Assembly: GCA_964638425.1 (NCBI GenBank)
Contig: CAZWYM010000006.1
Span: 3,054-67,053 of the forward strand
From: an uncultured Candidatus Saccharibacteria bacterium
GTDB lineage: Bacteria; Patescibacteriota; Minisyncoccia; Phycocordibacterales; UBA918
Direction of reading: 5' to 3'
DNA length: 64,000 nt
The notes under the pieces were generated by a model. That model did not search any database, was not told the DNA's origin, and worked only from the letters and a program-made list of their open reading frames with translations. Every line of letters begins with the position of its first letter. Positions within the stretch are counted from its first letter, which is position 1. Shown here in pieces: positions 56,826 to 64,000 of the stretch. The position numbers and the translations under genes are program-made.

Positions 56826-58042
56826 GAAGACTTGGAAGTTAGCGGAGCAAAAACCCTTTCTTTCATCTTTGTTGCAACGATATCCCAATCATATTCTTCT
56901 TCTACCATTTTTCGTGCGCGCGCAGTTACTTCACTAACCTTCTCTGGGTGTGCGAGAATTTCAAGCACAGCATCTCGGATTCCCTCTGGACTATCTGCAT
57001 CAACTGCCCACCCTGTCGTTCCCTTTTCTGGGTTTCTTTTTGCGTCAAAGAGAAAATCTGCAATACCTCCCACTTGCGTAGCAATAACAGGAAGTCGACA
57101 TGCCATTGCTGAAAGAAAAGCATTCCCCAATCCCTCAGAACGTGAGGGCCCAACAAAGATGTCTCCCGCAAATCGGTACTGCGTTACCTCACTCCGATCT
57201 ATTTGCCCAGTGAAGACAACCCTTCCGATAAGCTGTAACTCTTCTGCGAGTTGTTTAAGCATTTCTTCATCGGGACCACCTCCAACAACGAGAAGTTTAA
57301 TATGTGCTGGTAAAAGTGTGAGTGCACGGATTGTTGTATCGAATCCTTTTTGGTGTACAAGCCTTGCTGTATTAACGAGGTAGATATCGCCATCTTTTTT
57401 TCCAAGCTTTTGCTTTAAGACTTCAACTTCTTTTTGGTCAAAAGTTGGCTTAATTGATTCTGGGTTTGCACCATTACGAATGAGTTCAAGTTTCCTAGGA
57501 TAACCCATCCGCGTAGCCCACGCTCCAAGAAATTCTGAAATTGGTTGCACTATGTGAGCGTGAGTAAACGCTCGTTTGAAAAACGGCCACAATGGTTTCA
57601 TTGTACGCTCGATATATTCTGGAGCATCCCCTTCTTGGAGTGTAAGTGCATACGGTACACCGGTGAGTATATTAAAAATACTCACCGGGACACCTGTTCC
57701 ATGAGCCATCATTGCCCACGCTCCGTCATAGTGGTACTTCCTATGCAAGAAATAAGCTTTTATCCCAGCTGCAATTTGAAAATAGTGCTTGTTGTAATGG
57801 AGTGGGAATTTTCTTCGTTCTTCAAGTGTTGCATTCGGTTTACCCCAGAGCCCCACACGGTGAATGAGAACATTCCCAATTTTTTGAGTACGAGGGACGA
57901 CACTATCGTAATACAGGGTCACCATGTGAAATTCAATTTCTTCCGGATTTATTCTTTCGGTAATTTCCTGAATCGCTGCCTCGGCCCCAGAAATAGTTCC
58001 CGGTAGGTAATCAAGTGAGAAAATGAGTATCTTTTTTTTCAT
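56822..58042 (-). CDS. GT4 glycosyltransferase
   Basis: SGAE, ARLVHQKG, PSRSEGLGNAFLSAM. Confidence 0.92.
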   Translation of the reverse strand: MKKKILIFSLDYLPGTISGAEAAIQEITERINPEEIEFHMVTLYYDSVVPRTQKIGNVLIHRVGLWGKPNATLEERRKFPLHYNKHYFQIAAGIKAYFLHRKYHYDGAWAMMAHGTGVPVSIFNILTGVPYALTLQEGDAPEYIERTMKPLWPFFKRAFTHAHIVQPISEFLGAWATRMGYPRKLELIRNGANPESIKPTFDQKEVEVLKQKLGKKDGDIYLVNTARLVHQKGFDTTIRALTLLPAHIKLLVVGGGPDEEMLKQLAEELQLIGRVVFTGQIDRSEVTQYRFAGDIFVGPSRSEGLGNAFLSAMACRLPVIATQVGGIADFLFDAKRNPEKGTTGWAVDADSPEGIRDAVLEILAHPEKVSEVTARARKMVEEEYDWDIVATKMKERVFAPLTSKSS

Positions 58043-58917
58043 TTTGTAGTTACTTCCTGTATGTATTCTGGCAAATGATATTTTGGCACCCAACCAAGTG
58101 CTCGGGTTTTTGTAGAATCAACTTCAGCGCTTCCGCGTGTTGTCTTTGTTGCAGGAAGCATTTCAATTTTTCCACCAAACATTTCTGCGACTTGTAGTAG
58201 CGTAAATATTTCATCGGTGCCAATTCCAAAATTATCTCCTTCTCCCTTCTCGCCAACAAGGACTATCCCCTCTATGGTATCGAGAACGTGTGTGAAGGCA
58301 CGCTCTTGTGTTCCTGGACTACGAACGAGAAGCGATGTTCCCTCCTTCTGTGCTCGACGCCACGTTTCAATCACGGTTCCGTACTCCTCTATACTCCGCT
58401 CACGTGGACCATAGACATTATAAAAATAAACAATCGCATACGGGAGTGTGTACCAGCGAGCATAGTTTACAACCAGCTCTGTGTTAACCGCCTTCATCCA
58501 TGTATATGGGGAAAGGTCTCTCCCTATTACTCCATCCTCTCGCGCGCCCACTCCCTTTGTTGAAGACCCTGCGTACACTAATTTACACTTCTTTTCCCGC
58601 CAAAATTCAAGTACAGCGAAAGTCCCCTCCATATTTAAATCAAATGTAAGTTCTGGTTCTTCGAGACTTTTGGCGACGCGAGAGTATTCTCCTAAGTGGT
58701 AAATAATATCTGGAGTTTCAGTCACCAAGGCGCTGATGTCCTTCGTGTGCCCGTTTCTATACTCGACATCAGCGACATGATTATTTTCCGTTCCTGCAAA
58801 ATAATTATCGAGAGAGATTACGCGATACCCTTCACGCACAAGTCGCTCACAGAGATGTGAGCCAATAAATCCAGCCCCGCCAGTGACGAGAGCTACCTTC
58901 TTATCCATTGTTTCCAT
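58039..58917 (-). CDS. NAD-dependent nucleotide-sugar epimerase/dehydratase
   Basis: TGGAGFIG, SPYTWMK (YxxxK), YNVYGP. Confidence 0.92.
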   Translation of the reverse strand: METMDKKVALVTGGAGFIGSHLCERLVREGYRVISLDNYFAGTENNHVADVEYRNGHTKDISALVTETPDIIYHLGEYSRVAKSLEEPELTFDLNMEGTFAVLEFWREKKCKLVYAGSSTKGVGAREDGVIGRDLSPYTWMKAVNTELVVNYARWYTLPYAIVYFYNVYGPRERSIEEYGTVIETWRRAQKEGTSLLVRSPGTQERAFTHVLDTIEGIVLVGEKGEGDNFGIGTDEIFTLLQVAEMFGGKIEMLPATKTTRGSAEVDSTKTRALGWVPKYHLPEYIQEVTTK

Positions 58918-58963
58918 TGCCGTATAGTACCAAATATTTAGCGAAATTGTTACACATATGAAA

Positions 58964-58992
58964 AACCCTCGTGTCGGCACGACACGAGGGTT
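58964..58992. terminator. Terminator hairpin
   Basis: aaccctcgtgtcg-gca-cgacacgagggtt. Confidence 0.75.
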
Positions 58993-59005
58993 AAGAAGCA
59001 CCTAT

Positions 59006-59269
59006 CTATGAAACTGGAGTGAGAACGGTATCCCATTCCTTACGATGCAACATCCCCGAAGTGAGACTAGAACCGAACAGGTTTTTCGTTATATCACCAT
59101 CGAGTGCGCCGTTCGTAACAATTTCTACATCAAATACGTCCTTCACTGTGGATGGGCGTTGTTGCACATCCACAAATTTACCGACCTCAAGAAACAAAAG
59201 ATCATGTTTAAGTTTTCTAATTCTTGTGTCACGCAGTTTTGCTGTTGCAAGAACTTTTGAACTTCCCAT
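59006..59269 (-). CDS. Hypothetical protein (87 aa)
   Basis: SD AAGGAGG upstream of ATG 59269; terminator downstream. Confidence 0.6.
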   Translation of the reverse strand: MGSSKVLATAKLRDTRIRKLKHDLLFLEVGKFVDVQQRPSTVKDVFDVEIVTNGALDGDITKNLFGSSLTSGMLHRKEWDTVLTPVS

Positions 59270-59383
59270 ATAACCTCCTTTAGACCATCTCAACGTACAA
59301 AATAAATACGACAATACCCAGCACAAGGTAACATATCATATGCATTATGAAAACTGTGCAGAGGTCACACTATAAAATACCTG

Positions 59384-61252
59384 CTACACAGGTGGCTTAT
59401 CGTTCGTTGTGATGCGCATCATGCGCTCAAGTTCTTTAGGAGTTACGGTGTTGTGGTTACTCCCTGTTTCAGTTGCTCCTACCTGTGTTGTGTTAGGCAT
59501 TTGTACCGGCGACGTGTTTACAACATCTTTCTTTGCATTTAAAACAGACTGGAGTGCTTCCTTAAGCTCAGGTTTAGGGATATCGCGCATTGGGACTTTT
59601 TGATTTTTTTGGCCTGTTGGGACTTCTTTCGCTCCAGTCCCCTCCTTTTCAACGAGTTGCTTTAACGCACTTCGGAGATCTTCGGTTTGCTGTTCATTTT
59701 TTACGAGTGGTGGTTTTGGCGAATGCTGACGTGGTCGTTCACTCTGCGGTTGTCTAGGAACGTCAGTAGATCGTCGCTGTGGTGTCTCAGCTCTCCGATC
59801 TTCATGTCGGGGAGCTGTTTGTGGTGCTGGGGTTGGAGCTACTCTTTGTTGAGGAACACTTTCAGGTTTCACTTCTTTCCGGATAGCGCTCTGCGCCTTC
59901 TCTCCTGTTGCAATAACAGCCTCAGGAATTATTGGCTTAACAACTTTTTTAGGAAGAACAACTGGTTCGTGGAATTTATGAATATCAACTTCGACATCTT
60001 CTCTCCGTTTCGTAAACGAAGCACGACTTGCAGCAATAGCCATCTCTTTACATGAATGGAGTGGTGGTTCAATTGGTGAAAGGGTCGTCGCTGAGAATGG
60101 TTGCGAACCAATGCCGTCTATCATTAGGGTGAGATAAATTTGCGCAAAGCTCAAATTTACAATATCGGTAGCAAGGAATTGCGGTGTAAAAATGGTTTCG
60201 AGGAGTTCGGCATCAAGCGGACCAACGCGGAATGAAATAATGGTACCGACGTTTCCAAATACCGCATCACGAACTTCCTCCTCCATCTGGGTGATGTACT
60301 GGTGGGCAATGGTGAGGTTAAGGTGATACTTTCGTGCCTCTGAAAGAATGTTGGCAAAGGTCGCATTTGCAAATGATTGAAACTCATCTACATAAAAATA
60401 AAAGTTTGGCATCTCACGCATTTTTTCTGGAGGCAAGTCTGCACGACTCATCGCTGCTAGATAGATACGCGTGGTAAGCATCGAACCAAGGAGGTTTGCG
60501 TTCGATTCTCCAATAAGTCCCTTAGAAAGGTTCATGATGAGAATTTTTTTCTCGTCCATCATCTTTCGAATATCAAAACTCGATTTTGGTTGTCCAATGA
60601 TATTTCGAATAATTGGGTTGGCGGTAAATTGTCCAATCTTGTTTTTGATTGCATCCCCTGCTTCTTGCATGTATCGCTCATTGTATTTTGCAAATTCATC
60701 CACCCAAAAAGCGCGTACACCAGGATCCTTTACGTTATCAACAACGAGTTTTCGGTAATCTTTATCTGAGAGCATTCGGTTCACCCCAAGGAGGGTCGAA
60801 TCTGGGTACTCGAGAAGCGCAAGAAGTGTATTTGAGAGAATGTACTCCATTCGAGCAGACCATGCATCAATCCAAATCTTTTTAAAGACCGACATGAGCC
60901 CCGACACAACGAGGTGTCGTTTATCCGGACCAACGTCTTCCATGATGTTGAATGACACTGGGTTTTCGGTATCGAACGGTGCGAAGTAGAGCACATCTTT
61001 GATGCGATGCTCCGGGATATAGTTAAGGAGTGTTTCAGCTGCAGAGCCATGCGGGTCAATGAAGGCCATTCCTTCACCGTTTTGGATATCCTGCACCGCC
61101 ATATTCTCAAGCAAGGTCGACTTCCCCATCCCCGTCTTTCCGATGACGTACACATGACGTTGGCGGTCTTTTGCTTTAATACCAAAACGGGTATTTTTAC
61201 CGCGCGAGTCTGTCTGCGCAAAGAACGTAACTTTGTTTGGGTCAAATGACAT
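59384..61252 (-). CDS. VirD4/TraD/HerA-like coupling ATPase with disordered C-terminal tail
   Basis: HVYVIGKTGMGKST (Walker A), FIDPHG, YVDEFQ (Walker B), SEARKY, AHQY. Start at ATG 61252; the longer ORF only reads through the repeat. Confidence 0.88.
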   Translation of the reverse strand: MSFDPNKVTFFAQTDSRGKNTRFGIKAKDRQRHVYVIGKTGMGKSTLLENMAVQDIQNGEGMAFIDPHGSAAETLLNYIPEHRIKDVLYFAPFDTENPVSFNIMEDVGPDKRHLVVSGLMSVFKKIWIDAWSARMEYILSNTLLALLEYPDSTLLGVNRMLSDKDYRKLVVDNVKDPGVRAFWVDEFAKYNERYMQEAGDAIKNKIGQFTANPIIRNIIGQPKSSFDIRKMMDEKKILIMNLSKGLIGESNANLLGSMLTTRIYLAAMSRADLPPEKMREMPNFYFYVDEFQSFANATFANILSEARKYHLNLTIAHQYITQMEEEVRDAVFGNVGTIISFRVGPLDAELLETIFTPQFLATDIVNLSFAQIYLTLMIDGIGSQPFSATTLSPIEPPLHSCKEMAIAASRASFTKRREDVEVDIHKFHEPVVLPKKVVKPIIPEAVIATGEKAQSAIRKEVKPESVPQQRVAPTPAPQTAPRHEDRRAETPQRRSTDVPRQPQSERPRQHSPKPPLVKNEQQTEDLRSALKQLVEKEGTGAKEVPTGQKNQKVPMRDIPKPELKEALQSVLNAKKDVVNTSPVQMPNTTQVGATETGSNHNTVTPKELERMMRITTNDKPPV

Positions 61253-61317
61253 GCGTACAGTATAGCATCTAGTTTTTAATGAGCCGATAAGGCGATTGTA
61301 AAAACGTAAAATGAAGG

Positions 61318-61501
61318 AGGTGAATACCAAAGGTAGAGAAGCTGGCCTGGGCCATTGCAAAGCAAGAGAAGATGCCCTGGGGTACAAGGTGAATGCCGGA
61401 GGCAGAGAGGGTACCCTGGGGTACAAGGTGAATGCCGAAGGCAGAGAGGGTGCCCTGGGGTACAAGGTGAATGCCGAAGGCAGAGAGGGTGCCCTGGGGT
61501 A
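61318..61501. repeat. 39-bp tandem repeat (3 full copies, a partial copy and a degenerate upstream copy)
   Basis: ccctggggtacaaggtgaatgccg(g/a)aggcagagagggt(a/g) at 61375, 61414 and 61453; partial at 61492; degenerate at 61318-61350. Confidence 0.92.
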
Positions 61502-61525
61502 GATGTACTCTTGTGGTGCAGAGAA

Positions 61526-61554
61526 AAACCCAACCTGCTTTGCAGGTTGGGTTT
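61526..61554. terminator. Bidirectional terminator hairpin
   Basis: aaacccaacctgc-ttt-gcaggttgggttt. Confidence 0.8.
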
Positions 61555-61570
61555 ATACACTTCTTCACAC

Positions 61571-61774
61571 CTATCGCAACAATCCACGTGTAAGCATTTC
61601 TTTTCGAAGGCACAAAAACTGTGCCTCAGCAAAACCATTTGGTGGTACATCGTCTAATAATGCACGTATACGATCTATGTGAATATTTCTTCCGACTTGA
61701 GCATCAAGATGATAAATGTCCATATCAGAAAGTTGTGTAAGTGGTGCTGGTGTATATACAGTCTCAGTCTCCAT
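61571..61774 (-). CDS. Hypothetical small protein
   Basis: SD AGGAG 6 nt upstream of ATG 61774; ends just before the hairpin. Confidence 0.55.
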   Translation of the reverse strand: METETVYTPAPLTQLSDMDIYHLDAQVGRNIHIDRIRALLDDVPPNGFAEAQFLCLRKEMLTRGLLR

Positions 61775-61852
61775 GACCATCTCCTAAAATGTAAAAAACA
61801 AAGGGGTACTGAAAACTACTATACACCCTAAACCAGGGTACCTTCAAGGTTA

Positions 61853-63151
61853 CTATTCTTGTGGAAGAAGCGCGTCCTTCGTATAGATATTACTTGGAGC
61901 CCATATCATAAAGCTCTTTACCCCTGCGTCATAGCTTGCCTGAATCTGTGCGCGGACATCCTGAGCATCATAATCCCCTCCGTAATCAAAATCTTGAATC
62001 CACGTTCGAAGTCTGTCGGGAGTAAACACTGGCTTTGTGTACAGAGCGGGAGTCGAAGTACCAATACGCTCATGGAGGAAGCCTTCCACTGGAGTGGTAG
62101 ATGACATCATACGTCGCGCGCCTTCGCTCATAGCATAGTGAACGACCTTGTATGGATAATCATTTGGATCACCAAGTCCAAGGAATGACTTCGGATAATG
62201 TGACGGGTACACCATCGGTGCCACAGCATCGAAGTATGGAGCAGCTCGTTCCTGTACCTGCCCAATAGAGAGGTCGTCGGTGTTTGTTGTTGTCATACCA
62301 AACAAATCAACTGAGGTGTATGGTGTCGGGTGTTCTCGCCCAGTGTTAGCGTGATGGACATCATTAAAGAATGTCTCATCATCAAGTTTTTCATTGAGGT
62401 ACTTGAAGAACGCTTCTAGGTTCGCTTGTTTATCGCCCTTGTACTCACCCTTCATGCTATTAGGGAACGCAATGTCCTGCATGTTTCCGTCTGATGGATA
62501 CCGCACATAATCAAAGTTGAGCTCATCAAATCCAATGTTGTATGCATCACTTGCAAGAGTGATGATATGGTCCCAATAATCATGGGAACCGACATCTATA
62601 AACGAAAGCCCCTTTCTGTCGCGCCACACAGAACCATCGGACGCTTTTGCTACAGCGAGGTCTGGCCGCACATTCGTATAGAATGGATCTTGAAAAACAG
62701 TAATTCGTCCTATGACAAAAATATTTTTTTCATGAAGTGTTGCGAGGAACGCCTTCATATCAGGAGTCCCACACTTTGCAGCAGTCCACGCTGATTTCCA
62801 TTCTTCACTGAGTGGTGGGAACGAGATTGTTCCTGAGTAGTCTTTGATATCGATGACCACTGCATTAATTTCGGTATCTCCGATAAGCGTCACGAGTCGG
62901 TTTCGAAACTCAGTTGTCCCCGCGACACATGATGTCATATAAATAGCACGAAGAGGTTCCGGAAGCGGAACATGCTCGACTGTCTCACGTGTATCGACAA
63001 TCTCCTTTGTATGGGGAGTGTCTGCCGTTGTTACTTCCTCTGTATCAGCATGCTGTGGCGCGTACTCGAGTGAGGTTAGACGTGGAAGTGACACATACGA
63101 AAATGTTATAAGTCCCACGCCGACCACCCCAAGTACCGTGACGGATTTCAT
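61853..63151 (-). CDS. Putative glycoside hydrolase (DUF4015-like), membrane-anchored
   Basis: NAVVIDIKD, GRITVFQD, GFDELNFDYVRYP, PMVYPSHY, WIQDF. Confidence 0.85.
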   Translation of the reverse strand: MKSVTVLGVVGVGLITFSYVSLPRLTSLEYAPQHADTEEVTTADTPHTKEIVDTRETVEHVPLPEPLRAIYMTSCVAGTTEFRNRLVTLIGDTEINAVVIDIKDYSGTISFPPLSEEWKSAWTAAKCGTPDMKAFLATLHEKNIFVIGRITVFQDPFYTNVRPDLAVAKASDGSVWRDRKGLSFIDVGSHDYWDHIITLASDAYNIGFDELNFDYVRYPSDGNMQDIAFPNSMKGEYKGDKQANLEAFFKYLNEKLDDETFFNDVHHANTGREHPTPYTSVDLFGMTTTNTDDLSIGQVQERAAPYFDAVAPMVYPSHYPKSFLGLGDPNDYPYKVVHYAMSEGARRMMSSTTPVEGFLHERIGTSTPALYTKPVFTPDRLRTWIQDFDYGGDYDAQDVRAQIQASYDAGVKSFMIWAPSNIYTKDALLPQE

Positions 63152-63156
63152 ATGTT

Positions 63157-63372
63157 TTATAATTCACTCTCTGAGAAGACATCGCCTCGGCGTTCACCAC
63201 TCTCGTGCTCTAGTGATTGAAGAAAAGCATTTCTTCGTAAACGGTACCCTATAGCCATGAGTATGACTCCACACCCAATGAGGAGCCATTCCTTATACTC
63301 GCGCGGAAGGCCGAGGAATGGGCTAAAGAAAACGAGAAAACCGATGATAAAGACAAATGTTTCTTTCGACAT
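63157..63372 (-). CDS. Small 2-TM membrane protein
   Basis: 71 aa, FLGLPREYK between two hydrophobic helices; TATACT 6 nt upstream. Confidence 0.7.
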   Translation of the reverse strand: MSKETFVFIIGFLVFFSPFLGLPREYKEWLLIGCGVILMAIGYRLRRNAFLQSLEHESGERRGDVFSESEL

Positions 63373-63443
63373 AGAGACAGTATAGCGTACCTTCGCACAC
63401 CAACGAAATCTGTGGAAAACTAGCCTAAAATCAACTCCAACGT

Positions 63444-64000
63444 TTAATCCCTAAGTTCAACCAATACCACAAACTCCCCTCTCACATGACCAGGATTATC
63501 CCTAAAATACTGAAGAACCTCCTCTGGCGTCCCTGCGACCACCTCCTCAAACATCTTAGTAAGCTCACGCGCAATGACGACACGACTTGCTTCGGGCAGT
63601 TCTTCCTTCAGTGATTCAAGTGTCTTCATAATGCGATGCGGAGCTTCATAGAAAATAACCGGCATGTCGTAATCTACAAGTGACTTGAAAAACGTTTGTC
63701 TTCCCTTTTTGAGTGGGACAAAACCGAGGAACACAAAACTATTCCCTGCTATCCCCGCAATTGAAAATGCTGCGGTAACGGCAGATGCTCCTGGGATTGC
63801 ATCGACACGAATACCTGATTGATGTGCTGCTGAGACGAGCATTACTCCGGGGTCACTCACTCCTGGTGTGCCTGCATCACTCACAAGTGCAATATGCTTT
63901 CCTGCTTCTAAGTCAGCCAAAATTCCTGCGTGGGTTTTCTCTGATGCATGCGCGTCATACCGGCGTGTCTTTGTTTCAATCCCATAGTGCTTGAGTAGGT
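63444..64000 (-). CDS. rsmI: 16S rRNA (cytidine1402-2'-O)-methyltransferase (5' end outside the window)
   Basis: ALVSDAGTPGVSDPG, IPGASA, FYEAPHR, ARELTK, RGEFV; frame open to the window edge. Confidence 0.96.
   Translation of the reverse strand, partial: LLKHYGIETKTRRYDAHASEKTHAGILADLEAGKHIALVSDAGTPGVSDPGVMLVSAAHQSGIRVDAIPGASAVTAAFSIAGIAGNSFVFLGFVPLKKGRQTFFKSLVDYDMPVIFYEAPHRIMKTLESLKEELPEASRVVIARELTKMFEEVVAGTPEEVLQYFRDNPGHVRGEFVVLVELRD

Noticed and set aside
61253-61465. N-terminal extension of the VirD4-like ORF (MYPRAPSLPSAFTL repeats)
   Set aside because: Read-through of the 39-bp repeat; a TGnTATACT box sits 6 nt before ATG 61252.
61375-61501. CRISPR array
   Set aside because: Repeats are head-to-tail with no unique spacers, and no cas genes are present.
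1-64000. Alternative genetic code (TGA read-through as in Gracilibacteria/SR1)
   Set aside because: Core genes are full length in code 11 and some genes end at TGA.
1-64000. Numerous short overlapping ORFs in the track
   Set aside because: They lie antisense or out of frame within well-supported genes and show no recognisable motifs.

Overview
Bacterial chromosomal window, most likely from a Patescibacteria (CPR, Parcubacteria-like) genome. This assignment is inference from gene style: excisionase-type HTH plus membrane proteins beside a giant secreted fibre-like protein, a stand-alone VirD4/TraD-like ATPase, an O-antigen-ligase-TPR fusion and a DUF4015 hydrolase. The left ~11 kb holds the start of a large secreted protein with 40-aa propeller repeats (absent from the ORF track), two membrane-anchored HTH proteins, gatB, obgE, a YvlD/holin-like gene, secA, an unlisted 48-aa histone H1-like peptide and murB. 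From ~11.3 to ~59 kb lies a very large surface-glycan locus. It encodes a ligase, a flippase, about a dozen glycosyltransferases, two GT2/GtrA/GT-C modules, nine SAM methyltransferases, two AsnB amidotransferases, three Gmd paralogues, a Sat-CysC PAPS synthase, a non-canonical KdsA/DAHPS-KdsB-transferase cassette, an ATP-grasp/deacetylase/PHP module and a kinase. The right end has a VirD4-like ATPase with a 39-bp tandem repeat upstream, a DUF4015 protein and part of rsmI. Many genes carry a -10 box 6-9 nt upstream of the ATG with no Shine-Dalgarno, which suggests widespread leaderless mRNAs. No rRNA, tRNA, CRISPR array or transposase was seen. All family calls come from motif recognition by eye; no searches were run.
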